Shown: positions 48,331 to 57,622 of the stretch, piece by piece
Position numbering within the stretch: position 1 is the first letter of the stretch
Layout: each line of letters opens with the position of its first letter
The notes under the pieces: generated by a model
What the model saw: the letters and a program-made list of their open reading frames with translations, nothing else
Database searches by the model: none
Told to the model about the DNA's origin: nothing
Position numbers and translations under genes: made by a program
Origin: an uncultured Fibrobacterota bacterium
Lineage (GTDB): Bacteria > Fibrobacterota > Chitinivibrionia > Chitinivibrionales > FEN-1185
Reading direction: 5' to 3'
Assembly: GCA_963729895.1 (NCBI GenBank)
Contig: CAVSQB010000009.1
Location: 128,001 to 192,000 of the forward strand
DNA length: 64,000 nucleotides

Positions 48331-49578
48331 ATGGCATCAGGTACTTCTGCAGCTTCCAAAGGCGACACGCCCTGGGTCAACCTCACCGTCGCGTGGCTCG
48401 GATGGTTGTTTGACGGAATGGAAATGGGGATCTATTCCCTTATCGCAGTTCCCGCGATCAAGGAACTGCTGTCTCACTCTCATGACGCCCGGCCGGTAGG
48501 ATGGTGGGTGGGTGTCATGTTTGCAATGTTCTTGCTCGGCGCCGCGCTTGGCGGATACGTTTTTGGAAGGCTGGGCGACAGGATAGGCCGGGTAAAGACC
48601 CTTGCGCTTACCATCGTCACCTACTCGCTGTTCACGGGCCTAAGCGCGCTATGCCAGGATCCCCTGCAATTTGCCGCGTGCCGCTTCCTCGGAGCGCTCG
48701 GACTCGGCGGTGAATGGGGCCTTGGAGTCGCACTTGTCATGGAGTCGTGGTCCAACAAGAGCCGTCCGGCGCTTGCCGGCATTCTTGGCGCGGCCGCCAA
48801 TATCGGATTTCTCGTATGTGCAGTCATCGGCTTGTGCGTGGGCTCGCTGAGCTGGCGCTGGATCCTGCTTATCGGGCTTGTCCCGGCGATTACCGTGCTC
48901 TTCCTGCTTTTGGGGGTGCGCGAACCGGAGGCTTGGAAGAAATCGAAAGAGCGAGGGGAAAAACCGGACCTCAAAATCCTGTGGCAACCCGGCCTGCGTT
49001 ACAAAACCGTGATGGGGTGCCTTATTGCATCGGTTGTGGTGCTTGGGACCTGGGGAGTCTTTCAATGGATTCCTTCATGGGTGAACCAGATGGTAGGCGG
49101 CAACGCCGCGCACGAGCGGGCGACAACGCAGATGTTCATGGCCATCGGGCAGATCGCCGGCGCTTTTGCGGGCGGGTTTATCGCGGAATGGATCGGCCGC
49201 AGAAAGTCATACGCCCTGTTCTGCATCGGAAGCCTGATATTCTCGGTCGCCCTGTATTCCACGGTCCGCACCTACGGTCCGCTTCTCTGGGTGATGGCGG
49301 CAGTTGCCGGCGTTTTCAGTACGGCATTTTTCGGGTGGCTTCCGCTTTACCTACCGGAGCTCTTTCCGACCAGGATCAGAGCAACCGGGGAAGGCATCAC
49401 CTATAATTTTGGACGCATTTTGGCTGCAGTGGGCGTTTTTGCGGGAACAGGAAATCTTGTCGCCCATTTCGGCGGTTCGTTTGCAAAGGCAGGCTCGGTG
49501 ATGGCGCTTGTTTATCTTGTCGGCCTTGTTCTCATCTGGTTCCTGCCGGAAACAAAGGGTCAAGAACTGCCGGATTGA
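48331..49578 (+). CDS. MFS transporter (organic/sugar-acid:H+ symporter-like)
   Basis: LGWLFDGME, GRLGDRIGR, GLGGEW, PELFPTRIRATG, LPETKG. Confidence 0.9.
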   Translation: MASGTSAASKGDTPWVNLTVAWLGWLFDGMEMGIYSLIAVPAIKELLSHSHDARPVGWWVGVMFAMFLLGAALGGYVFGRLGDRIGRVKTLALTIVTYSLFTGLSALCQDPLQFAACRFLGALGLGGEWGLGVALVMESWSNKSRPALAGILGAAANIGFLVCAVIGLCVGSLSWRWILLIGLVPAITVLFLLLGVREPEAWKKSKERGEKPDLKILWQPGLRYKTVMGCLIASVVVLGTWGVFQWIPSWVNQMVGGNAAHERATTQMFMAIGQIAGAFAGGFIAEWIGRRKSYALFCIGSLIFSVALYSTVRTYGPLLWVMAAVAGVFSTAFFGWLPLYLPELFPTRIRATGEGITYNFGRILAAVGVFAGTGNLVAHFGGSFAKAGSVMALVYLVGLVLIWFLPETKGQELPD

Positions 49579-49629
49579 TTTGCATCCGGTAATCGTTTCG
49601 CAAGGCATTTTGTTGTGCAGTCTTATTAT

Positions 49630-49668
49630 AAGAAAGGCTCTTCCATCGGGAGAAGCCTTCTTTTTTTT
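49630..49668 (+). terminator. Rho-independent terminator
   Basis: AAGGCT...AGCCTT stem followed by C and eight T. Confidence 0.7.
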
Positions 49669-49728
49669 ATGTGCGGCGAGGGTCGGGTGCAATGCGATGC
49701 AATGAGACAAGCTTGCTGCAACGTGGGA

Positions 49729-50160
49729 TCATTTGAGAATTATCATCTTCTTGACAGCCGTATAATTGCGGGACCACATTCGGTAATAGTATTCTCCGCT
49801 TGAAAGAGCGTTCACGGGAAAATGGACATCATACCAATAGCCCGCCATACAGTAGCCGTTGTCCGGAATCGCAAAGTACCCGATTTCCCTGCCTGCGGTG
49901 TTGTACAGCTTTAGGCTCACGGGACCGGCTTGAATAAGGTAAAAATAGATGTCGGTGTAACTTGACGCCGGATTCGGCTGGTTCTGAAGAAGAATGGTCC
50001 TGTCGGAGGCCTTTCCCGGCTGAAAGGGGCGGACAACCGTCTCGTCTCCCGTTATCTTGCATCCCGGAATTGCCGGGAGACGCGTGGTGTCGCCGCACGG
50101 GGAACCGCCAGCAACTTCCGCGCAAAGAAACAAGAGGAAGAGCACAAGGAGCAATCGCAT
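49729..50160 (-). CDS. Small secreted protein consisting mostly of a T9SS type A-like C-terminal sorting domain
   Basis: Signal peptide; LQNQPNP...VSLKLYNTAGREI...LSSGEYYYRM...KKMIILK. Confidence 0.75.
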   Translation of the reverse strand: MRLLLVLFLLFLCAEVAGGSPCGDTTRLPAIPGCKITGDETVVRPFQPGKASDRTILLQNQPNPASSYTDIYFYLIQAGPVSLKLYNTAGREIGYFAIPDNGYCMAGYWYDVHFPVNALSSGEYYYRMWSRNYTAVKKMIILK

Positions 50161-50219
50161 TTGTCTACCCTGCCTCCTCCGGAACCTCGCCTGTAGATGG
50201 CTGCTTGGGCCTGTAACGG

Positions 50220-50251
50220 AAGAATCCCCGCCCAACCGGGCGGGGATTCTT
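50220..50251. terminator. Strong hairpin, probable terminator or attenuator
   Basis: AAGAATCCCCGCCC-aacc-GGGCGGGGATTCTT, 14-bp stem. Confidence 0.65.
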
Positions 50252-50299
50252 TTGCGCAGAAAAAATACTTCAAATTGCGGTCTCTCGGGCGGATCCGTC

Positions 50300-51499
50300 C
50301 TACTTGTACGAAATCACCACGCCGCTGAGCCCGTCGACGGTTGCGGTAGTGTCCCTGGAGGGAACGTAAGCGAGAGGCGGAGTCCGCACCTGGGGCTGGC
50401 TTCCCAAGGTAATACTGTCTGCAAAGAGAATATTGTACTGGTTGTCCACGTTCATCTCGATGCAGAACCTGTACGGAGTCCCTTGGTTGAGAGGGACGAA
50501 GTAATTGGGATTAAAGTCAAACGAATTGTTGCCTACAATCGGCGTGGCTTTGGTGACCGCATCCACAAAGCCGGTGTCGTTGTTCTTCAGATTGGACCAT
50601 CTGGTAGTGTCCGACCCTCTCCAATCCGGACATATTACGTATCTTGGATAGGCGTATCCCGTAGAAGAGAGCCAGCCGCTCACAAACAGGGTATTCACAT
50701 AATTCTTGTTCATGTCTTGAATGAAGACTGCCGTGCAAAGCGTCACGGTAGGGTCGTTGGCGGTGGAACCCTGGTTCATGGTGCAGGTGAAACTGAGAAC
50801 CTTGTTCTGCGCCTGCGCAGCCGTGCGGAGTACAACGTAGTGCGACCCAACATACGATGGAAGCGGCCAGCTGTTGGTAACATAGCCGGGTGCCGAAACG
50901 ATGAGGCTTTCGATGACCGCGGCTTTCTTGCCAAGAGGGACCACCGGCGCGCCGCCGGAAACGGCTTGCACCACCGTGGACGACGCAACGCGGCTGCCGA
51001 TCAGGGGCATCCTCAGGTAAAAAGTCCGGTCTCCTATGCAGGCGCGCACCACATAGGTCTGCGATGTTTTTACGACGGAAAAGGGACTTACCCGGTAATT
51101 GCCCGGCTTCATATTAGTATTGACAAGTTCAACAGCCTTCCTGCCGGAAAGGGTGAACAGATCTATCTTCACTTGCTGAATCTTCTGGGGCACATTGAAA
51201 TAGAGACCGTCCGATGTCAGAAAGGGCCGCGATGCAAATACCGACTTCTGCGCCGACATGCGCACAGCATTGGGAATAAGAGCGTTGAACTGAAAAGAGC
51301 CGGGATATAGGCCCGATGTATCGGTGGTGGTGTCCAGATTTGCGTTCTTGAGGCGACAGGTTGCCCCCTTTATTGGTTGCCCGTCCCAGTTGTTCACATA
51401 TCCCATGAGTTGGACAATTAGAGTGTCTTGAGAAAAAGACGCGGCGGCAAAAGCGACGACAAAAACAAATGCGGCACAGACCTTATTCCTACACAACAT
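50300..51499 (-). CDS. Secreted protein with an internal sorting-like domain and a C-terminal DUF2271-like domain
   Basis: AGGAGG RBS; G.V...GQPIKGA; IDLFTLSGRK; AVFIQD...YVNTLFV...VDAVTKAT. Confidence 0.6.
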   Translation of the reverse strand: MLCRNKVCAAFVFVVAFAAASFSQDTLIVQLMGYVNNWDGQPIKGATCRLKNANLDTTTDTSGLYPGSFQFNALIPNAVRMSAQKSVFASRPFLTSDGLYFNVPQKIQQVKIDLFTLSGRKAVELVNTNMKPGNYRVSPFSVVKTSQTYVVRACIGDRTFYLRMPLIGSRVASSTVVQAVSGGAPVVPLGKKAAVIESLIVSAPGYVTNSWPLPSYVGSHYVVLRTAAQAQNKVLSFTCTMNQGSTANDPTVTLCTAVFIQDMNKNYVNTLFVSGWLSSTGYAYPRYVICPDWRGSDTTRWSNLKNNDTGFVDAVTKATPIVGNNSFDFNPNYFVPLNQGTPYRFCIEMNVDNQYNILFADSITLGSQPQVRTPPLAYVPSRDTTATVDGLSGVVISYK

Positions 51500-51736
51500 G
51501 AAGCCTCCTTCTAAAGGGAAACTGACGTTCCATGCTATTATACTTTGGGTCCCGGACAAAATTCAACTGAAACCAGCCAATAAATACAAATAGTTTTCAG
51601 ATTATTACTCTGGCAGTAATAACTGCACAAAATGTGCGGCTTTTGTACCATGAAATCGAGGTCTTGTTTTCTGCACATTTGATTGTTGGAGTAATAATAA
51701 TCTATCAAATAATTCTCCAGCCGACGGCATTTTTTT

Positions 51737-51753
51737 TCTTACCCGCAGTAAGG
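51737..51753 (-). promoter_or_regulatory. Operator-like site (copy 5, one mismatch)
   Basis: Plus strand T-run then TCTTACccgcaGTAAGG, in a divergent intergenic region. Confidence 0.5.
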
Positions 51754-51963
51754 AGATTTTAATGATTCACCGACAAAAACAGGGGCGATGTGCATATATT
51801 ATTGGGTAGTCAAGCGCGGAAGAAGAAACGTAAAGACCCGGTGTTGGCGCGATTCTGTTGCCAGCCAAGGGCGCGAGGCTTCGAAACGAATCGGAAGTGC
51901 GTGGTGCGGCTTGCTTGACAACAAGAGCCAAAAGAGCATGGACCTCTTCAATCTGGAGGGTCT

Positions 51964-53283
51964 ATGAAATTAAATGGGATAGCAGGCTCTCTTCTCGCCC
52001 TTTTCCTTGTTAACACAGGCTACGCGCAGCCGGAATTCACTGCCGACAGCATCAAAAACATGTGCAAGCGCGTGGCAGGCGGACGCCTCAATTCGAATCT
52101 CTATAACGGCTGGCAGGTGGCAACTTATTTCGAAGGCATCATGGCTCTCTATGGCTTGACACAGGACAAACAGTACCTCGACACCACCGTGGCATGGGGG
52201 AACTACCATAATTGGCTGTCCGCCGCCGCCGCGCCTGATACGTTCGCCGCCAGCTACGATGACGTCTGCTGCTATCAGGCCTATCTGGAGACTTATCTGG
52301 CCGACCCCCAACCCGCGAATTTGCCGCATGTGCAGCCGGCGCTCGATTATATAGAGCGGTACACCTATCAGATTTGTCCAAACAAATGCGGCGATGTGTG
52401 TTGGCCCATCGTTGACCAGTATCAAATGGCTGCGCCGAGTTATCCCCGCACGGCTCTCATTCTCAGCGACACGACCATGTATGATTCGATTTACCATTTT
52501 ATCGTGATGAACGCAACCCACCATTATAACGTTAAATTCCACCTTTTCAATTCAAATTGCAGCGACACCAGCGTTACCCGACAGTGGTGGGGCCGCGGCT
52601 GCGGCTGGGGCGTCGGCGCGACGTGCAGGATCCACCAATACCTGCCGCAAGGCCACCCGGGACGCACCTGGTGCGAACAGAGAATACGCGAGACCTGCGC
52701 CGAGCTGATAACCCTTCAGAACCAGACGGATGGCATGTGGCGCAGCGAGCTGTTTACGCCCTCTTGGAACAAGGAAGCAAGCGGCAGCGGTTTCTTTTGC
52801 TACGAGCTGTTCTATGCTTTACGAAATGGCATCATCGACACCGCTACATATCTTGGCCCCGCAAAGAAGGCCTGGGAAGGCCTTATCGGGTGCGTGGGCG
52901 TTGATCCCGCGCACCCCAATCTTCCCGGCTGGTCTCAGGGCGTCGGCGGTGGGCCTTCCAATAACTTTGGCCCCACGAACCACGACGAATACACCGAAGG
53001 CGCATTCCTTTTGGCAGGAAACGAGTTTTACCAGTTAGTGAAAAACGGTGTGTCCATGGCTGCTGATAATCGCCACCGACCGGTACCGACGCCGGGGAAA
53101 CGCTCGGTGACGGCAGTCTGGACGATAAATGCAAGGTCGATTACGATGCCGCAAAATGCGACGCAAATTGAATTGTTCAATATCCAAGGCAGGAAGTTGT
53201 ATGCGGGACTATTCGATGCAAAAATTCTGTTCCCACTGGCATGCGGAAATGGCATAATAATAGTAAAGTATGAATTGAAATAG
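51964..53283 (+). CDS. Secreted GH105/GH88-like hydrolase (close paralog of 16967-18313)
   Basis: Near-identical catalytic domain (YDDVCCYQAYLE, WPIVDQYQMAAP, WWGRGCGW); tail LFNIQGRK. Confidence 0.8.
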   Translation: MKLNGIAGSLLALFLVNTGYAQPEFTADSIKNMCKRVAGGRLNSNLYNGWQVATYFEGIMALYGLTQDKQYLDTTVAWGNYHNWLSAAAAPDTFAASYDDVCCYQAYLETYLADPQPANLPHVQPALDYIERYTYQICPNKCGDVCWPIVDQYQMAAPSYPRTALILSDTTMYDSIYHFIVMNATHHYNVKFHLFNSNCSDTSVTRQWWGRGCGWGVGATCRIHQYLPQGHPGRTWCEQRIRETCAELITLQNQTDGMWRSELFTPSWNKEASGSGFFCYELFYALRNGIIDTATYLGPAKKAWEGLIGCVGVDPAHPNLPGWSQGVGGGPSNNFGPTNHDEYTEGAFLLAGNEFYQLVKNGVSMAADNRHRPVPTPGKRSVTAVWTINARSITMPQNATQIELFNIQGRKLYAGLFDAKILFPLACGNGIIIVKYELK

Positions 53284-53339
53284 GTCTGGCCGACACGCTT
53301 GTTCATTGAATCAACTTTTTCCCAGAAAAGGGTTCGCAC

Positions 53340-54272
53340 ATGTTGAAAAAGATTTCATTGGTACTTACTCTGATGAGCGGGCTTGCCGCTTTATCTTTTG
53401 GTGCCTCGACAAAAATCGTGGCCCTTGACTGTTTTCATAATACCGAGACCCCGGCCCACTACACGTGGGACCAAACAGGGTTGGGCGGCTTTTCTAATTT
53501 TGGGGGAATAATTTTGAGTCTCGGCGCCGATACGACGAGGATAACCAAGGCTTTCGATTCCGCCGACCTTGCGCCATTTAGCGTACTCATCATCGTCAAT
53601 CCATGCACACCCGCCAATCCCGGGGTTATCAATCCCAATTACATTGCCGATTCGGAAGCCGCTGCGGTAGACAAATGGGTACAGCGCGGAGGCAAGCTGA
53701 TGATGTTTGCGAACAATATCGGTAACTGCGAATTCACTCACTACAACGTTTTAGCGGGCAAATTTGGTATTATGTTCAATCAGAATACCCAGACCGGAGG
53801 GTCGACGTTCGGGCCTGTGCCGACGAACGAGGTCTTTTCAAATTGCTCAACCTTCTACATTGTTAACATGTGCAACCTTTCCATCACCTCACCAGCCCAA
53901 TCCATTTTCACCTTTCAGGATAGCGTGTTGATGGCAGTGGGAACAAAGGGTAGCGGTGTATTTTTTGCCGTTGGAGATCCCTGGGTCTACAACGAGCATA
54001 TTGCAGCGCAGGACAATATCAAGGGGATAACTAAGGTAGTGACTTGGCTGCTCGGGAACACAACGCCGGTTTTGCGAAGCATGGCCGGAGCGCAGCGGGA
54101 GGCACAGAAAAGCTTGCAAAACGGCTATCGGCTGGTTTTGCCCAACGGCAGGCTGGTTTCCAGCGGGGCGGTCTATCCGCCCGGGTCATCGTTTGCCCCA
54201 AAAGCCCACGGAGTGGTATATATAGAGGGAACTTCCGGCGGCGGCCAGGAGCACGTGTCACTGCGCCCGTGA
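53340..54272 (+). CDS. Secreted DUF4350/GATase-like domain protein of the type found with GH105 enzymes
   Basis: ALDCFHN, HYTWDQ..GGFS, IIVNP, WVQRGG.LMMFAN..NCEF, FAVGDPWVYNE. Confidence 0.65.
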   Translation: MLKKISLVLTLMSGLAALSFGASTKIVALDCFHNTETPAHYTWDQTGLGGFSNFGGIILSLGADTTRITKAFDSADLAPFSVLIIVNPCTPANPGVINPNYIADSEAAAVDKWVQRGGKLMMFANNIGNCEFTHYNVLAGKFGIMFNQNTQTGGSTFGPVPTNEVFSNCSTFYIVNMCNLSITSPAQSIFTFQDSVLMAVGTKGSGVFFAVGDPWVYNEHIAAQDNIKGITKVVTWLLGNTTPVLRSMAGAQREAQKSLQNGYRLVLPNGRLVSSGAVYPPGSSFAPKAHGVVYIEGTSGGGQEHVSLRP

Positions 54273-54394
54273 TTGACAGAGGGCTATCGCGCTTCCCGTT
54301 TTCCGCATGTGAAGAGCATTTTTGCGGCGACATCGAGCCGTATCTTTGATTGCCGCCGTTCTTGCCCACCGTCAATTATTTTTAATGTACCACC

Positions 54395-55414
54395 ATGATC
54401 TTCTCTACCCGCCCGCTGTGTATTTCCCTTTTTGCAATCTGTTTCCTATCCGCCTCCTGTTCGAGGGAAGCGCGCAAGCCGGTCCCGGCATTTCCATTGC
54501 TCGGCGACGGTCTTTCTCTCGAACAGTCGTGCGTGTCGCTGTCAAAATATCTGGGAGCCGTGCTGGCGGATGCGGACACGAATTCGTCCGGTTCGTTCTA
54601 CCGCATCCTCGACTCGGCGGCAGCCGGGCTCGGCCGTTCCCTCAACGCTGGAAACGCTTCGACTGCAGCGGCGGATTCAATTCTGGCGGTCGTCTATCAT
54701 CGGTGGAGCATCGCTTTCGATCCCCGCGACACGGCGCCCCAATCGCTGCTTCCCCACCTCGTTTACAAAAACAGGAAGGGCGCCTGTCTCGGCGTCTCTC
54801 TAGTCATGCTCATGCTCGCTGAAAAACTCCGCTGCCCCTTTTACGGCGTTCTGCTGCCCGGCCATTTCTTCTGCAGGTTCGACAACAGCAAGACGCGGTT
54901 CAACATCGAACCGAACAAATCGGGATTCAGCCACCCCGACGACTATTACCGGCAGCGGTATCCTATTGCAGACCGTCCGTGGTACAACCTCAAAAACCTT
55001 TCTAAAGAAGAGGCAATCGGCGTGTTCTGCTATAATGCCGGGACAATCTGCCTTGACCGCGCGCGCTGCGATCCTGCCGTCATTCTTTTTCGCGAGGCTG
55101 CGCGCAGGTTGGGCGGTCTCCCCGAGGCGCGCGGCAACCTGGCGCTCGCCCTGGCCCGGAGGGGAAGCCCTGATTCGGCCATGATCGTTTTCGACACTCT
55201 GTTTCGCGAACACCCGGACTTTGTCAACCTTGCAGCCAACTATGGCGGCGTGGCCATGGAGGCGAAGCAATACGAAAAGGCCGAAAGAATTTTCAAGAAA
55301 GGGCTTGAGTATTTTCCCGAGGACTCGGTCCTGCTTTTGGGGTTAAGTCAGGTATATTTGGTGCTGGAGACCAAATATAGCCCCCCTAAATCCCCCGAAG
55401 GGGGACTTAAATAG
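54395..55414 (+). CDS. Transglutaminase-like (SirB1/Transglut_core2) and TPR lipoprotein
   Basis: LSASC lipobox, KGACLGVS, LLPGHFF, NIEP, TPR-like helices. Confidence 0.75.
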   Translation: MIFSTRPLCISLFAICFLSASCSREARKPVPAFPLLGDGLSLEQSCVSLSKYLGAVLADADTNSSGSFYRILDSAAAGLGRSLNAGNASTAAADSILAVVYHRWSIAFDPRDTAPQSLLPHLVYKNRKGACLGVSLVMLMLAEKLRCPFYGVLLPGHFFCRFDNSKTRFNIEPNKSGFSHPDDYYRQRYPIADRPWYNLKNLSKEEAIGVFCYNAGTICLDRARCDPAVILFREAARRLGGLPEARGNLALALARRGSPDSAMIVFDTLFREHPDFVNLAANYGGVAMEAKQYEKAERIFKKGLEYFPEDSVLLLGLSQVYLVLETKYSPPKSPEGGLK

Positions 55415-55847
55415 AAAAGGATCAAAACCCCCTAAGGTGGAGAATGCGTCACAAAAAATACAGCCCCAAGCATGTAATTCAATTAGCCCGAAAAATGCGT
55501 GCTGATATGACTGAAACAGAAAAGATTTTATGGAGTGAATTGAACTCTAAAAAACTTGATGGTCTTCGTTTCCGAAAGCAACACCCCCTTGGAAGATATA
55601 TTGCCGACTTCTGCTGCTATTCAGTCAAGATGGTGATTGAGATTGATGGTGGAATCCACTCAACGCAAAAAGAGTATGACATAAACAGGGATAAACATCT
55701 TTCCGCTCAAGGATATTCTGTTCTGAGATTTACTGACAGGCAAATTAAAGAAAATCTATCGGAAGTAATGACCGCATTCAAAAATTTTGCTGTTACTGGC
55801 AAAGATGTCCCCTTCCCATTAAGTCCCCCTTCGGGGGATTTAGGGGG
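55382..55847 (+). mobile_element. Inverted-repeat-bounded DUF559 endonuclease cassette
   Basis: Perfect 29-bp IR CCCCCTAAATCCCCCGAAGGGGGACTTAA (55382-55410) / 55819-55847 around an AT-richer gene. Confidence 0.65.
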
Positions 55848-55854
55848 CTTATGA
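55444..55854 (+). CDS. DUF559 (Vsr-like) endonuclease
   Basis: ARKMR..MTETEKILW, FRKQHP.G.YIADF, IEIDGGIH, D..RD..L...GY.VLRF. Confidence 0.9.
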   Translation: MRHKKYSPKHVIQLARKMRADMTETEKILWSELNSKKLDGLRFRKQHPLGRYIADFCCYSVKMVIEIDGGIHSTQKEYDINRDKHLSAQGYSVLRFTDRQIKENLSEVMTAFKNFAVTGKDVPFPLSPPSGDLGGL

Positions 55855-57554
55855 ATAAATTGACCTATTATCTCCCCATTCCCCTCTGCGCCGCCCTGGC
55901 CGCCTTTTTCTGTTATTTTCCCATCACCGACACGGACATTTTCTGGCACCTTGCCGCCGGAAGGGAGATGGTCGCTTCCGGCCATTTCCTGTATTCCGAC
56001 CCGTTCAGCTTTACGCTTGCGTCACCCCGGTGGATAGACCTGCACTGGCTGTTTCAGCTTATTGTTTACGGTTTGTATCTGTTGGGCGGACTACAGGCGC
56101 TGGTCTGGTTCAAACTGGCTGTCGTGGCTTTCACCTCGGTGTTGCTCTGCAGCGCGTTCCGCTCGCTACGATATGCATTCGCAAGCGCCTTCCTCTGCGC
56201 GGTGTTGTTTTACGAGGCCCGGTACCTTGTGTGCGAGAGGCCGGTGCTCATCACCCTGCTCTGCATGTCGAGCTACATTTTCCTTTTTGAACGGGTGAAA
56301 CAGGGAGCAAGAACTTCCTCGCTGTGGCTGTGCGTACCTCTGCAGGTTATCTGGACAAATTCGCAGGGCTTGTATCCGATCGGCATTTTTATCATCGGCG
56401 CGTACTGGATCGAAGCGATGTTTGATGCCGGGCAAACAGGCCGCCGCGAGAAGGGGCCGGGTACATTCCTTTTGAACGCCTGTACCCCCATCTTAATCGC
56501 CTGCAGCCTGGCCTGCCTGCTTAACCCCTATGGAATTTGGGGCCTTCTGCTTCCGTTTACGCTGTTCGGCCGCATCGCCCCGGCGGCGCAGAACCTGTAT
56601 TCCCTTAACATTTCTGAAAACGTCCCGCTGCCGGCGCTTACGGGGTTCGAGGCGGGCTACCGGACGGCGGTGATCGCCGCGGCAGGTGTCGCGTGCATTC
56701 TATTCTTTGTCAACAGGCGGAACGCCCGGCCCGCACACCTGGTCCTGTTTCTCGGATTTCTGGGGCTGGCGTACAGCGCGGTCCGCAACGTTCTATTGTA
56801 CTTTGTGATAATCGTCCCGGTTGTCGGATACAATGTTATGCGTCTGGAGGCATGGAGCCGGTTTGCGGCTCTCGGCCGCAAGGCGAAACGGCTTGCCGCA
56901 CTTTTGGGCTTCGCAGCCGCGGCCGCAATCCTTTTTTTGCCTGTTGCAAACCACGCGGCCGTCGTGGCGGCCTACCCTCCGCACCGGACCCTGTCGCCGT
57001 TTCGGTTTCCCGAAAAGATCACGGAATACCTGAAGGCCAATCCGGTGGAGGGCCAAATGTTCAACGACATCAGGTACGGCGGGTACCTTATGTGGGAGTT
57101 GTACCCGCATAAACGGGTATTTGCAGACGGCAGGCTCGTGATCCGGCCGCCGCAGTTTTTCGCCGACTACCTCACGATATGCGATCAGCCGGAGCTGTTC
57201 TTCTTTGCTGCGGAAAAATTCAACGTGACCCACGTGATCGTGCCGTCGGCCATCTTCACCCAATACCGGAAGCTTATCGCGAGACTGTGCGCATCAAGCG
57301 AGTGGCATCTCGAATACACCGACGGCTCGTCGTTCCTGATTGTTAAGAACAGCGCCTCAAAGAGGCCGGCGGTGAAGCTTGGAGACACGGCGGCAGCGAT
57401 GGCGATTGCAGACAGCATCTGCTTGCAATGGCGCGACGCGCCGTATGTGCGCCGGGAAGCGCTGGGGTATTTTGCGGACATGCTGGGGTACCTGGGGTTT
57501 GAGCGGTCGGAAAAGGCGGTAGAAAAAAGGGAAATCGCCACAGGGACACCATAA
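55851..57554 (+). CDS. Polytopic membrane protein, possibly GT-C-fold glycosyltransferase-like
   Basis: DTDIFWHLAAGR, DPFSFT, ERP, WTNSQG, LNPYG, FND..YGGYL, FADGR. Confidence 0.6.
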   Translation: MNKLTYYLPIPLCAALAAFFCYFPITDTDIFWHLAAGREMVASGHFLYSDPFSFTLASPRWIDLHWLFQLIVYGLYLLGGLQALVWFKLAVVAFTSVLLCSAFRSLRYAFASAFLCAVLFYEARYLVCERPVLITLLCMSSYIFLFERVKQGARTSSLWLCVPLQVIWTNSQGLYPIGIFIIGAYWIEAMFDAGQTGRREKGPGTFLLNACTPILIACSLACLLNPYGIWGLLLPFTLFGRIAPAAQNLYSLNISENVPLPALTGFEAGYRTAVIAAAGVACILFFVNRRNARPAHLVLFLGFLGLAYSAVRNVLLYFVIIVPVVGYNVMRLEAWSRFAALGRKAKRLAALLGFAAAAAILFLPVANHAAVVAAYPPHRTLSPFRFPEKITEYLKANPVEGQMFNDIRYGGYLMWELYPHKRVFADGRLVIRPPQFFADYLTICDQPELFFFAAEKFNVTHVIVPSAIFTQYRKLIARLCASSEWHLEYTDGSSFLIVKNSASKRPAVKLGDTAAAMAIADSICLQWRDAPYVRREALGYFADMLGYLGFERSEKAVEKREIATGTP

Positions 57555-57622
57555 ATACTAATTCAATTCACAATTGTTCAAAACAGGATGACAATTTGAG
57601 TTGGATTCGGCTTCCCAATATG

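Noticed and set aside
50057..51310. 417-aa plus-strand ORF
   Set aside because: Antisense to two supported genes and runs through a terminator-like hairpin.
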